From an uncultured Muribaculaceae bacterium (GTDB taxonomy: Bacteria > Bacteroidota > Bacteroidia > Bacteroidales > Muribaculaceae): DNA of 64,000 nt. Each line of letters opens with the position of its first letter. Within the stretch, counting starts at the first letter, position 1. Of this stretch, positions 1 to 9,764 are shown piece by piece. The notes beneath the pieces were generated by a model. The model ran no database searches. It saw only the letters and a list, made by a program, of their open reading frames with translations, and had not been told where the DNA came from. The DNA is taken from NCBI GenBank assembly GCA_964517875.1, contig CAZFEU010000001.1, forward strand, positions 22,831-86,830, written 5' to 3'. A program made the translations under genes and the position numbers.

Positions 1-1669
1 CAAGCTTCTCAGCTGCCGATGTGGCGGTGAAGATTTTTTCACCGGTATATGGGTGAAAACCGGTATAGAATATTTCTGTAGCGAGTGTGAGTGGTGTAGG
101 TGTGAAATCCTGCACTTGCTCAAGTCTTAGATTCAGAGCTTTTGTTTTTATCGCCAGTTGTGCCATGTCAATCTCGTGGCACCCGGGATGGCTGGAAATA
201 AAATAGGGTATCAGCTGTTGATTGAGCCGGTGTTTGTGGTTGACTTGCTCGAATATTTGCTCAAACCTGTAATATAGATCGAACGATGGCTTGCGCATCA
301 CCTTGAGCACATCATCCTCTGTATGCTCGGGCGCAACCTTTAGTCGACCTGAAACGTGGTGAGCTATCAGCTCCTCGTTGTAACGACGATTGGTCTCGTC
401 GATGCGCTTGTTGCCGGTGTGGTGCATAGATAAGTCGTAGCGTACACCCGATCCAATAAACGATTTCTTCACTTTGGGGTTGGCATCAACGGCATGGTAT
501 ATGTCAAGAAGTTGAGCGTGGTCGGTATTTAAGTTGGAGCAAATTTGAGGGTGAAGGCATGACGGACGTAGGCATTTGTCACATATCGATAGGTCTTTGC
601 CTCGCATATTGTACATGTTGGCCGATGGCCCTCCCAAGTCGCTGATATACCCCTTGAAGTCGGGCATTTGTGTCACCTGTTCAACTTCACGCAGTATCGA
701 CTCCTTACTGCGCGATGCAATAAACTTACCCTGATGTGCAGAGATCGTGCAGAATGCACAGCCGCCGAAACACCCGCGGTGCATATTGACCGAGTGACGT
801 ATCATTTCGTACGCCGGTATACGCTTGCCACGGTAGCGTGGGTGAGGTAGTCGGGTGTACGGAAGATCGAATGAACGGTCAATTTGCTCGGTTGTCATTG
901 GTGGAAGCATGGGGTTGACGCGCACCACCTTGTCGTTATACTCCTGCCATAGAGTAGCTCCTCCTTTGCGACGATTGCTCTGCTGCTCAAGATGCCTGAA
1001 GTTAGCTGCTTGTAAGCGTTTATCCCGGTGGCAGTGCTCCCAAGAGTTGAGTATTATATTTGTATCGTCACTCTGGGGAAGCTCAATAGCCGGACGCAAC
1101 ATCGCTGTTTGCGGTACGTCAGTGATTTCAGATATAGGTTCACCCGCTTTAAGTCGTCGTGCTATCTCTACTATCGGAATCTCCCCCATGCCGTATATTA
1201 GCATATCGACTGGTGCATCAAGTAATATTGACGGTCGTAGTCGGTCCTGCCAATAGTCGAAATGACTGACGCGACGCATTGATGCCTCGATACCACCGGC
1301 GATTATCGGAGTGTCGGGATATAGCTTTCGTAGAATTTCGGAGTAAACTATTGTGGGGTAGTCGGGGCGCGCGCCGTGTCGACCATCTGGTGTATAGGCA
1401 TCGTCGCTACGTCGACGCCGGTTGGCAGTGTAATGATTGACCATGGAGTCCATCGCACCTGCCGATACTCCAAAAAATAATTTTGGTATGCCGAATTTAC
1501 GGAAGTCGCGTAGGTCGTCTTGCCAGTTGGGTTGAGGCACTATAGCCACCCTGTAGCCATGTGATTGCAGCACACGCCCAAGCACCGCCGCCGCAAACGA
1601 TGGATGATCAACGTAAGCATCGCCAGAGAAGAGGACTACATCAACATAATCCCAACCCAACGCTTTCAT
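1..1669 (-). CDS. ygiQ: YgiQ-family (UPF0313) radical SAM protein; N-terminal part only, the C-terminus lies beyond the left window edge
   Basis: Manual minus-strand translation from the ATG at 1669..1667 gives MKALGWDYVDVVLFSGDAYVDHPSFAAAVLGRVL...HRGCFGGCAFCTISAHQGK. The frame stays open to position 1. The ORF track misses it because it has no stop inside the window. Confidence 0.75.
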   Translation of the reverse strand, partial: MKALGWDYVDVVLFSGDAYVDHPSFAAAVLGRVLQSHGYRVAIVPQPNWQDDLRDFRKFGIPKLFFGVSAGAMDSMVNHYTANRRRRSDDAYTPDGRHGARPDYPTIVYSEILRKLYPDTPIIAGGIEASMRRVSHFDYWQDRLRPSILLDAPVDMLIYGMGEIPIVEIARRLKAGEPISEITDVPQTAMLRPAIELPQSDDTNIILNSWEHCHRDKRLQAANFRHLEQQSNRRKGGATLWQEYNDKVVRVNPMLPPMTTEQIDRSFDLPYTRLPHPRYRGKRIPAYEMIRHSVNMHRGCFGGCAFCTISAHQGKFIASRSKESILREVEQVTQMPDFKGYISDLGGPSANMYNMRGKDLSICDKCLRPSCLHPQICSNLNTDHAQLLDIYHAVDANPKVKKSFIGSGVRYDLSMHHTGNKRIDETNRRYNEELIAHHVSGRLKVAPEHTEDDVLKVMRKPSFDLYYRFEQIFEQVNHKHRLNQQLIPYFISSHPGCHEIDMAQLAIKTKALNLRLEQVQDFTPTPLTLATEIFYTGFHPYTGEKIFTATSAAEKL

Positions 1670-1710
1670 TTCTTTAACCGAAGTGGGTAGCCATTTTGTG
1701 GTATCTGGTA

Positions 1711-3774
1711 TCATGCCTTGTCGAGTAGATCTTGCATTTTGAGCATCTCGTCGCGCAGACGTGCTGCTTCAATAAATTCCATATTCTTTGCTGCCTGCAT
1801 CATTTGATCCCGAGTTCGGTCAATAGAGCGTCGCAGTTCGTCAGGGTTCATATACGGTATCACCGGGTCGGCTGCTATGTTGTCCGACTCTGTCATGTCA
1901 TAATCGTATGGACGTGGAGCCGGGGATGAAGCTTTGGTTCGCTGTGGGATATGCTGACGCTCTGTAGTTTTCTCCTCCTTGTCAACACCGATAATCTGTC
2001 GGCGTGCTTTCACAATGGCTTGTGGTGTTATGCCGTGCTCCTCGTTATAGGCCAACTGGAGTGATCGGCGACGGTTTGTCTCATCGATGGTGAGTTGCAT
2101 CGATTCTGTGATCTTGTCGGCATACATTATCACTTTGCCATTGAGATTACGTGCGGCACGACCCACAGTCTGTGTGAGAGAACGATGAGAACGTAGGAAG
2201 CCCTCCTTGTCAGCGTCGAGAATGGCAACAAGCGATACCTCGGGTAGGTCAAGACCCTCGCGTAATAGATTCACACCGATCAGCACGTCGTAGGTGCCGG
2301 CACGCAGGTCATCGAGTATACGAATGCGATCCATCGTCTCCACATCGGAGTGAATGTAGGCGGTGCGCAGTTTCATCTTCTGCATGTATTTGTCAAGCTC
2401 TTCGGCCATGCGTTTGGTGAGTGTTGTGACAAGTACTCGTTCGCCCAATTCTATACGCTGCTGAATCTCTTCTATGAGGTCGTCAATCTGATTGAGCGAT
2501 GGACGTACCTCAATAACAGGGTCAAGCAATCCAGTGGGGCGTATAATCTGCTCCACTACCACACCCTCACTCTGCGCAAGCTCATAATCGGCAGGGGTGG
2601 CCGATACATAGATGGTCTGATTTTGAAGATTCTCAAATTCTTCGAATTTCAAAGGACGATTGTCGAGCGCTGCGGGTAGACGGAAGCCATATTCCACCAA
2701 GTTCATCTTGCGCGAGAGGTCGCCACCATACATGGCTCGGATTTGAGGAATGGTGACGTGGCTTTCGTCAATTATAGTAAGATAGTCCTTCGGAAAATAG
2801 TCAAGAAGACAGAAGGGACGCATCCCGGGTTCGCGGCCGTCGAAATAGCGGCTATAGTTCTCGATGCCTGAACAGTGCCCAATCTCGCGTATCATCTCCA
2901 TATCGTAATTCACTCGCTCATCAAGGCGCTTAGCCTCAAGCTCGCGGCCTTCACGCTGGAAGAACGATACCTGCTCGGTAAGGTCGACCGCTATCTGCGA
3001 CAGTGCTGAATTGACACGCTCTTTGGAGGTGACAAAAATATTAGCGGGATAAATTTTGAAAGAATCATGGCTACCTAACGAAATACCCTCCTGAGGATGG
3101 ATAGTTGATATCGATTCGATCTCATCACCCCAAAATGTAACTCGTATGGTTATTTCCTCATAAGCCAAGCGAATATCGACAGTGTCACCCTTGACGCGGA
3201 ACGTGCCTCGCGACGGCTCTATCTCATTGCGCGAGTAAAGTGCGTCAACAAGTTTGCGCAGAAATACGTTACGCGCTATTTTTTGTCCAACCTTGATTTC
3301 TACAACATTGCTGTGAAAATCCTCGGGATTGCCGATGCCATAAAGACATGACACCGACGACACAACAATTACGTCTCTCCTGCCTGATAGGAGTGCCGAT
3401 GTTGTGGCAAGGCGCAGCTTGTCAATCTCATCATTGATCATCAGGTCTTTTTCGATGTACTTGTCGACCGACGGGATATAAGCCTCAGGCTGATAATAGT
3501 CGTAATACGACACAAAATATTGCACCGAATTGTTGGGAAAAAATGACTTGAACTCGCTGTAGAGCTGTGCTGCGAGCGTTTTGTTGTGGCTAAGAATGAG
3601 GGTGGGGCGCTTCACCTGTTGAATCACATTGGCCATGGTGAACGTCTTGCCAGAGCCTGTTACTCCAAGCAGCGTTTGAGCCGGGAGACCTTGATTGATA
3701 CCATCCACCAATTCCTTGATTGCCTGTGGCTGGCTCCCCGTAGGTTGATATGTTGAGCTGAGTTGGAAATCCAT
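1711..3774 (-). CDS. uvrB: Excinuclease ABC subunit B
   Basis: The 701-aa ORF has a Walker A motif (GVTGSGKTFT), helicase motifs and a C-terminal UVR motif (FIEAARLRDEMLKMQ). The likely true start is the internal MDFQLSSTYQPTG at 3774. Confidence 0.95.
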   Translation of the reverse strand: MDFQLSSTYQPTGSQPQAIKELVDGINQGLPAQTLLGVTGSGKTFTMANVIQQVKRPTLILSHNKTLAAQLYSEFKSFFPNNSVQYFVSYYDYYQPEAYIPSVDKYIEKDLMINDEIDKLRLATTSALLSGRRDVIVVSSVSCLYGIGNPEDFHSNVVEIKVGQKIARNVFLRKLVDALYSRNEIEPSRGTFRVKGDTVDIRLAYEEITIRVTFWGDEIESISTIHPQEGISLGSHDSFKIYPANIFVTSKERVNSALSQIAVDLTEQVSFFQREGRELEAKRLDERVNYDMEMIREIGHCSGIENYSRYFDGREPGMRPFCLLDYFPKDYLTIIDESHVTIPQIRAMYGGDLSRKMNLVEYGFRLPAALDNRPLKFEEFENLQNQTIYVSATPADYELAQSEGVVVEQIIRPTGLLDPVIEVRPSLNQIDDLIEEIQQRIELGERVLVTTLTKRMAEELDKYMQKMKLRTAYIHSDVETMDRIRILDDLRAGTYDVLIGVNLLREGLDLPEVSLVAILDADKEGFLRSHRSLTQTVGRAARNLNGKVIMYADKITESMQLTIDETNRRRSLQLAYNEEHGITPQAIVKARRQIIGVDKEEKTTERQHIPQRTKASSPAPRPYDYDMTESDNIAADPVIPYMNPDELRRSIDRTRDQMMQAAKNMEFIEAARLRDEMLKMQDLLDKA

Positions 3775-3882
3775 AACCCACAAAGATACAAAACAAATCC
3801 TTAATCTCCTAACCATATACTCCCTTCGCTATTCTTTATAACGTTTTATAACATTGTCTTTGTCTAATACGGGGATATTAAC

Positions 3883-3890
3883 TACATTTG
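3883..3890 (+). promoter_or_regulatory. Candidate Bacteroidetes -7 promoter element (TAcaTTTG) upstream of the kinase gene
   Basis: Matches the TAnnTTTG consensus about 22 nt upstream of the ATG at 3912. It overlaps the TTG start used by the ORF track, which argues for 3912 as the real start. Confidence 0.35.
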
Positions 3891-3911
3891 CAAAAACTCA
3901 AACCAACATAT

Positions 3912-5843
3912 ATGTATACACTCCCTGTCGGCACCAAAATCACCTCACCTAAAACAACCTACACAATCACCGGCGTGCTCGGTCAGGGTGGGTTCGGTAT
4001 CACTTACAGTGCCACTGTTGTGACATATATTGGAGCAGTCAAGGTCAAAGCCAGCGTTGCTCTTAAGGAGCATTTTGTAAAGGCTGACTGCCTCAGGGAT
4101 AAGGAATCGACGAGTGTGTCATGCTCCGAGCCGGCGCAACAGCGCGTGTCCCTCGCCCGCAGGGATTTTTTGGGCGAAGCGCGCCGACTCTCAGGGTTAA
4201 GCGGCAAGAACCCCCACATAGTGGCTGTCAATGAGGTCTTTGAAGCCAACAACACCGCCTATTATGTAATGGAGATGCTCGAAGGGGAGTCGCTGCGCAA
4301 TTACGTTGCGGCTTGCGGCTGTCTGTCGGAGGAAGAGATGCTGTCTGTTATGACGCCGATTGTCGATGCTGTGGCATTTCTCCACCGCAACTGCATCACC
4401 CACCTCGACATCAAGCCACAAAACATAATGATTACTGCCGACGATAGCGGCGAGTTAAGGCCAGTGCTCATCGACTTCGGCCTGTCAAAGCACTACGATG
4501 AGAATGGCGAGGCCACGTCAACAATCAACTCGCAAGGTTACAGCGAGGGCTTCGCTCCCATCGAGCAATACAAGTGCATCACCACCTTCTCCCCGGCCAG
4601 CGACGTATACTCACTCGCCGCAACCATGGTTTATTGCCTTACAGGCAAGCGACTTCCAAGCGCATTCGACTTAAGACCCGAGACATTGGAGGCCGCAATC
4701 CCTGTCAACATATCTTCGAACCTGCGCCACACCCTGCTCCGCGCCCTGTCTATGCACGCCGAAGGACGCCAACCCGATGCCACCGCTCTCCTCACCGCCC
4801 TCGGCCGTAAGACAACGCCCATAGCAGTCCAGACTCCCAACGACGAAGCAACTGTCCTAAACGCGACACCCCCAAAACAAGCGCAGCTCAAGCCCATAGA
4901 AGCGAAGCAGAAGCCAAAAGGAAAGTCGAAAATTGGAGTGTGGGAGATAATCTTAACTCTGTCCCTTGCAATTATAGTCATTGGAGGTATAATCTATTCT
5001 AACAAGGATAATTTCTTCTCATCATCCATTAAAACTTATAACAAAACTACTACCACTCCATCAGCATCCAACTCCGAAGATGCTTATGTTTCTGACACAG
5101 AGGATTCCTCTTTACCAGCTGATGAATCGTCAGTTGCTGATGCTTTGCCTGTCGATACATCTACATCCAGTGGAAATCCATCCGAGGACATAAAGATTCA
5201 AGACACAAAAACTCAAACAGATTACCGCAGCAAGTATGACTATGTCGATAGTTTCCACGAAGGACTTGCCGGAGTCATGAAAGGAGAGAAATACGGCTTT
5301 ATCGACAAGATGGGCTATGAAGTAGTTCCACCAGTATATGATTACATTGATGCTTTCTACGAGGGGCGGGCTGTTGTCATGAAAGGAGGAAAATTTGGTT
5401 TTATTGACAAGTCGGGCAATGAGGTGGTTTCCCTCAAATACGACTGGGCTGGGAGATTCTCTGAAAGGAGGGCTGTAGTAGAGAAAGGTTTCAAATATGG
5501 GTACATTGATGCGTCTGGAAACGAGGTGATTCCGCTTGAATATGACTATGCAGAAATAATCACGTGTGGGAGGGGTAAGGTTAAGAAAGGTAAAGAATAT
5601 GGGTACATAGACAAGACCGGAACAGAAGTAATTCCTCTAAGATACGATGATGCCAAGACTTTCTCTGAAGGGATGGCCGCAGTTAAAAAAGATGGGAAAT
5701 TTGGTTTTATTGATAAAACAGGCATTGAGGTGATTCCATTCATATACAACGATATATGGACTGTTTTCAAAAATGGGAAGGCGCACGTCAAGAAGGACGG
5801 TGAATGGTTCGACATAGACAAAAACGGGAACAGAGTGGATTAA
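3912..5843 (+). CDS. Membrane-anchored Hanks-type Ser/Thr protein kinase with a C-terminal WG-repeat domain
   Basis: Has a glycine loop (GQGGFGITY), catalytic loop (HLDIKPQNIM), DFG (IDFGLSK) and an APE-like motif (APIEQ). A single TM helix (IGVWEIILTLSLAIIVIGGIIYS) is followed by an S/T/D-rich linker and six WG-type repeats of about 34 aa. Confidence 0.8.
   Translation: MYTLPVGTKITSPKTTYTITGVLGQGGFGITYSATVVTYIGAVKVKASVALKEHFVKADCLRDKESTSVSCSEPAQQRVSLARRDFLGEARRLSGLSGKNPHIVAVNEVFEANNTAYYVMEMLEGESLRNYVAACGCLSEEEMLSVMTPIVDAVAFLHRNCITHLDIKPQNIMITADDSGELRPVLIDFGLSKHYDENGEATSTINSQGYSEGFAPIEQYKCITTFSPASDVYSLAATMVYCLTGKRLPSAFDLRPETLEAAIPVNISSNLRHTLLRALSMHAEGRQPDATALLTALGRKTTPIAVQTPNDEATVLNATPPKQAQLKPIEAKQKPKGKSKIGVWEIILTLSLAIIVIGGIIYSNKDNFFSSSIKTYNKTTTTPSASNSEDAYVSDTEDSSLPADESSVADALPVDTSTSSGNPSEDIKIQDTKTQTDYRSKYDYVDSFHEGLAGVMKGEKYGFIDKMGYEVVPPVYDYIDAFYEGRAVVMKGGKFGFIDKSGNEVVSLKYDWAGRFSERRAVVEKGFKYGYIDASGNEVIPLEYDYAEIITCGRGKVKKGKEYGYIDKTGTEVIPLRYDDAKTFSEGMAAVKKDGKFGFIDKTGIEVIPFIYNDIWTVFKNGKAHVKKDGEWFDIDKNGNRVD
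5232..5840 (+). repeat. Six tandem ~34-aa WG (KWG-like) repeats, a coding repeat inside the kinase gene
   Basis: Periodic pattern YDy.d.F.eGrA.VkkggKyGfIDk.G.EViP, counted six times from aa 449 to the C-terminus. Confidence 0.6.
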
Positions 5844-6418
5844 GCTCGGAGGTGGAGGGAGGATGACTTGCGGCTTTGCCGCAGAGCTCGGCGTAGCCGG
5901 GCGTGAGTGTTAGCCCACGGTAAGCGCCGCATCGCGAGCGCAACCGTGGGTTGTGGATGCCATTCCTCCCTATAATGCTCCGCATAGCGGGGTGTCTCGC
6001 TTCATGGTCAACCTCTTCAAGGTTGAAGCTCATGCTATCATCTCACTACCTCATGTAGGCTTGGTCTTCAACCAATCTCAACATGAGGCTGTTCAAATGT
6101 ATCGTCTTCGACGAAATGGCTTTTTTAGAGGTATTATTGGGTTAAGCCTTGTTGTTACCGTTTTGACGTGTCTTTGATTATTGACGTGCAGGAGGCTACT
6201 CGGAGAGGCCGAGTTGCATCCTATTAATGACTGCGAGTAACTGATTGGGGTGGCAAAATTATCAAGCCGTGAGTGACTAACCCACGGCTACTATATTGCG
6301 TGGCTATGCCACTTCAAAAATGCCAAGATATAAGGTATTATTTGGACTTACGAGCCATGCGGGTGCGGTTGGGAACTGTGCGATGACGAACCCGGGGTTC
6401 TCATCCCGTTCTTCCTTG

Positions 6419-6506
6419 CGGAGAGAGCGGGATTCGAACCCGCGATAGGCTTTTGACCTATACACGCTTTCCAGGCGTGCCTCTTCAGCCACTCGAGCAT
6501 CTCTCC
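6419..6506 (-). tRNA. tRNA-Ser (anticodon GGA)
   Basis: The reverse complement GGAGAGATGCTCGAGTGGCTGAAGAGGCACGCCTGGAAAGCGTGTATAGGTCAAAAGCCTATCGCGGGTTCGAATCCCGCTCTCTCCG folds as expected. It has a 7-bp acceptor stem, anticodon stem CACGC/GCGTG with loop CTGGAAA, a long variable arm and a GGTTCGAATCC T-arm. Confidence 0.9.
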
Positions 6507-6584
6507 AATTGCTTAAAGCAGTTGCAAAGGTAGCAATATATTTTGAGGTGGCAATAGGTGTGGGTGGATTTGTGGGATTTTTTG

Positions 6585-6592
6585 TATCTTTG
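6585..6592 (+). promoter_or_regulatory. Candidate -7 promoter element (TAtcTTTG) for mutS2
   Basis: TAnnTTTG match 22 nt upstream of the ATG at 6614. Confidence 0.35.
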
Positions 6593-6613
6593 TGAGCGCA
6601 ATAAGTGTGAAAG

Positions 6614-9070
6614 ATGATTTACCCCGATAGTTTTGAGCGAAAAATAGGATTTGACACCGTAAGGTCGCTTGTGGCCGGTAAATGTGTGTCGCCCCTCGGT
6701 GTGTCCTGGTGTGAGCATATGACATTTATGACCGATTTTAAAGCAATCGAGGATGCCTTACAGCTTACTGCTGAAATGCTGCAAATCATCAATGGAGCTA
6801 CTGATTTTCCGCTACATCAACTGCGTGACGTGACTGGCATGTTGCGCCGAATCACAGTGCCCGGTACTTTCCTAAGTGCCGACGAGGTTGTAGCATTGCG
6901 TAAGTCGCTTGAAGCAATATCAGACGTAAGCACATTTATGACAGATATTTCGCGTGATGATACAGCTACAACTCAATACCCGAGATTACGCCAACTGACT
7001 TACACCCTCGATTCCTTCCCAACGGTGACACGCTCCATCGACAGGCTGATTGACCGCTATGGCAACATCAAGGATAACGCTTCACCAGAATTGGCATCGA
7101 TACGCCAACAGCTTAGATCAATCTCAGGCTCAATAAACTCGATCATGCGCCGTGTGATGGCAAAAGCTGTGGCTGAAGGCTTTATTGACGGCGATGCGGC
7201 ACCATCGGTACGCGACGGTCGACTTGTGATACCCGTGGCTCCTATGCACAAGCGCAAGATAAATGGTATCGTACATGATGAATCGGCTTCAGGAAAAACC
7301 ATCTTTATAGAACCCGCCGAAGTGGTGGAGGCCAACAACCGCTACCGCGAGCTGGAGATGGAGGAACGTCGCGAAATTAACCGCCTTTTGGTAGAGCTGG
7401 CCAACGAGATTCGCCCGGAAATACCCGGAATGCTCGATAGCTATGAAGTGATGGGGCATTTAGATTTTATTCATGCAAAAGCGCTATTTGCTCAGGATGT
7501 GGGTGGATGCTTACCTCATATTGATAAGAAACCTGAAATGGAGTGGTATCATGCCACGCACCCCATTCTGCTGCTCTCGCTGCGCAAACATGGCAAAGAA
7601 ATTGTTCCGCTCGACATCACACTGTCAAAAAATGACCGCCTTCTAATAATTTCAGGTCCTAATGCTGGTGGTAAATCAGTGTGTCTTAAGACGGTAGGTA
7701 TCATTCAGTATATGACCCAATCAGGTCTTCTACCACCGGTTTACGAGAATTCGCACATCGGACTTTTCGACGATATTTTTATTGACATAGGTGACGATCA
7801 GTCGATTGAGGATGATCTCAGTACATATTCATCTCATCTTCGCAATATGAAGCTCGTGCTCTCCAAAGGGCGTAGCACTTCACTGGTGTTGATAGATGAA
7901 TTTGGAGGGGGTACTGAGCCTCAGATCGGTGGTGCTATAGCTCAAGCTATGTTAAAGCAGTCCAATAAGATAAAGATGTGGGGCGTGATTACCACCCATT
8001 ATCAAAATCTTAAGAAACTCGCTGAAGAAACTCCGGGGCTGATTAATGGATCGATGTTATATGACCGACAGAAGATGTTGCCACTCTTCCGTCTGTCGAT
8101 TGGACATGCGGGTAGCTCATTCGCTATTGAGATTGCGCGTAAAATAGGGTTGCCCCGCGAGATTATCGATGATGCGTCGGAGATAGTAGGGAGCGACTAT
8201 GTGAATCTTGACAAATATCTGCTTGATGTGGCTCGTGATAAGCGATATTGGGAGAATAAGCGAGACTCAATTAAGCTTAAAGAAAAAAAACTTGATCAAG
8301 TGCTTGAAAAGTATGAGTCGGAAGCTGCAACACTGCATGAGCAACGGCGTGAAATCATAAATGACGCTCGTCGACAAGCACAACAAATAATAGAGGGTAG
8401 TAACTCAACCGTTGAGCGCACAATCCAGGAGATACGTAAGGCTCAAGCCGAGCGAGAAAAAACGATGAAAGCTCGCCAAGAGCTCCAGCTGCAGAAGGAG
8501 AAGCTCAACGTGGAGAAAGTCGACAACCATCCCCTGCTGGCAAAAGCTCCCAAATCAAAAGGTAAAAAAAATCATCAACAACCCAATGTGCCTGCAGCTG
8601 CTGCACCAATAACAGTTGGCGACGTGGTAAAGCTTGATGGTGAGGGTGTTCCTGGAAAAGTGTTGGAAATCAATGGAAAAGATGCTGTTGTGGCTTTCGG
8701 AATGATCAAAACCACAGTAAAGATTAACCGTCTGCGCCACACAATGGCAGCTATTCCTACGGGATCGAAGAAATCAACCTTTGTTAGTTCATCTACCACC
8801 GACATGATGCGCGACCGGCAACTGCAGTTCAAACAGGACATTGATGTGCGCGGTATGCGAGCTGACGAGGCCATCCAGGCCATAACTTATTTTATCGATG
8901 ACGCCGTGCAGTTTAATGCCAAGAGGGTGCGCATACTGCATGGTACAGGTACTGGAGTACTGCGCCAGGTGATACGCCAGTATCTCGATACTGTGCCAGG
9001 AGTAGAGGCCTACCGCGATGAGCATGTACAATTTGGCGGTGCAGGAATCACTGTAGTTGATTTAGGCTGA
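6614..9070 (+). CDS. mutS2: Endonuclease MutS2 (MutS-family ATPase with C-terminal Smr domain)
   Basis: 818 aa with Walker A (GPNAGGKSV), a DEFGGGTEP motif, a coiled-coil middle region and a C-terminal Smr-like segment (IDVRGMRADEA...ILHGTGTGVLR). Confidence 0.9.
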   Translation: MIYPDSFERKIGFDTVRSLVAGKCVSPLGVSWCEHMTFMTDFKAIEDALQLTAEMLQIINGATDFPLHQLRDVTGMLRRITVPGTFLSADEVVALRKSLEAISDVSTFMTDISRDDTATTQYPRLRQLTYTLDSFPTVTRSIDRLIDRYGNIKDNASPELASIRQQLRSISGSINSIMRRVMAKAVAEGFIDGDAAPSVRDGRLVIPVAPMHKRKINGIVHDESASGKTIFIEPAEVVEANNRYRELEMEERREINRLLVELANEIRPEIPGMLDSYEVMGHLDFIHAKALFAQDVGGCLPHIDKKPEMEWYHATHPILLLSLRKHGKEIVPLDITLSKNDRLLIISGPNAGGKSVCLKTVGIIQYMTQSGLLPPVYENSHIGLFDDIFIDIGDDQSIEDDLSTYSSHLRNMKLVLSKGRSTSLVLIDEFGGGTEPQIGGAIAQAMLKQSNKIKMWGVITTHYQNLKKLAEETPGLINGSMLYDRQKMLPLFRLSIGHAGSSFAIEIARKIGLPREIIDDASEIVGSDYVNLDKYLLDVARDKRYWENKRDSIKLKEKKLDQVLEKYESEAATLHEQRREIINDARRQAQQIIEGSNSTVERTIQEIRKAQAEREKTMKARQELQLQKEKLNVEKVDNHPLLAKAPKSKGKKNHQQPNVPAAAAPITVGDVVKLDGEGVPGKVLEINGKDAVVAFGMIKTTVKINRLRHTMAAIPTGSKKSTFVSSSTTDMMRDRQLQFKQDIDVRGMRADEAIQAITYFIDDAVQFNAKRVRILHGTGTGVLRQVIRQYLDTVPGVEAYRDEHVQFGGAGITVVDLG

Positions 9071-9138
9071 ACATTTGGCGTAGAGCGATTGTTTTTTTAA
9101 TAAAACAATAGTTTCAACTTAAAATAATTTCAGGAGCT

Positions 9139-9744
9139 ATGAAACGATTTCTACCTATAATCGCACTTTTAGCGCTATTCACATCATGTAGCCAATACCA
9201 GTTGGTTAACTCAGAGGTGTATAACAATGCTGATTTAGCATCGTACAAAACATTCCGTATAGTCACCCCCGAGGAAGGAAAATTGCCTCCTGGCATGGAG
9301 ATGGTGACATATTACAATATCGCCGCTGCAATACGCGAGCAGATGGTAGAACGTGGCTATACCGAAAATCCCACATCACCGCTGCTTATCAATATAGCCG
9401 TGACTACACAACGCGAGATTTCCACCGAACCAGCACTTCCTCCGGGAGGGTTCCCCTACAATGGACCGTATTATCCCTACTGGATGTATCCTCGCTACAA
9501 TTACTGGTCGAATTACTATGCTAATGCCCAAGTAATTACTGGAATATACAAAGAGGGTGTATTGACCATGGACATGGTGAATATCAATGAAAAGATTCCG
9601 CTCTATTCATCATCGGTGGCAACCATTATCAACAATGGAGGATCAGGTCCTTCGCAATACCGCAACCTCGAAGCAATTGCTCAGGCAGTAGAAGTGTTGT
9701 TCTCCAAATATCCTGTACCCCTGCTTCCGCAATATCGTAAATAA
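9139..9744 (+). CDS. Lipoprotein, probably DUF4136 family
   Basis: Lipoprotein signal MKRFLPIIALLALFTSC. The family assignment is from memory of similar sequences only. Confidence 0.5.
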   Translation: MKRFLPIIALLALFTSCSQYQLVNSEVYNNADLASYKTFRIVTPEEGKLPPGMEMVTYYNIAAAIREQMVERGYTENPTSPLLINIAVTTQREISTEPALPPGGFPYNGPYYPYWMYPRYNYWSNYYANAQVITGIYKEGVLTMDMVNINEKIPLYSSSVATIINNGGSGPSQYRNLEAIAQAVEVLFSKYPVPLLPQYRK

Positions 9745-9764
9745 GACAATCAAATTGATAATCG

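Noticed and set aside
1-1669. YgiQ radical SAM gene as a second peptide-modification system
   Set aside because: YgiQ/UPF0313 proteins are widespread stand-alone rSAM enzymes. There is no SPASM-type C-terminal Cys cluster in the visible part and no small Cys-rich ORF nearby, and the gene follows uvrB directly.
5953-6177. 74-aa plus-strand ORF with a hydrophobic C-terminus in the GC-rich gap, considered as a small membrane protein or toxin
   Set aside because: It has a GTG start and no recognisable promoter, it overlaps the hairpin-dense region, and its composition is unlike the neighbouring genes. It is kept only as part of the non-coding-region finding.
6304-6492. 62-aa minus-strand ORF overlapping the tRNA-Ser gene
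   Set aside because: It is explained by the tRNA, since the ORF reads through the tRNA sequence. It has no coding signature.
5844-6506. tRNA-Ser as the attachment site of an integrated mobile element
   Set aside because: No integrase, excisionase, transposase or direct repeat of the tRNA 3' end is visible anywhere in the window. The neighbours on both sides are ordinary chromosomal genes.
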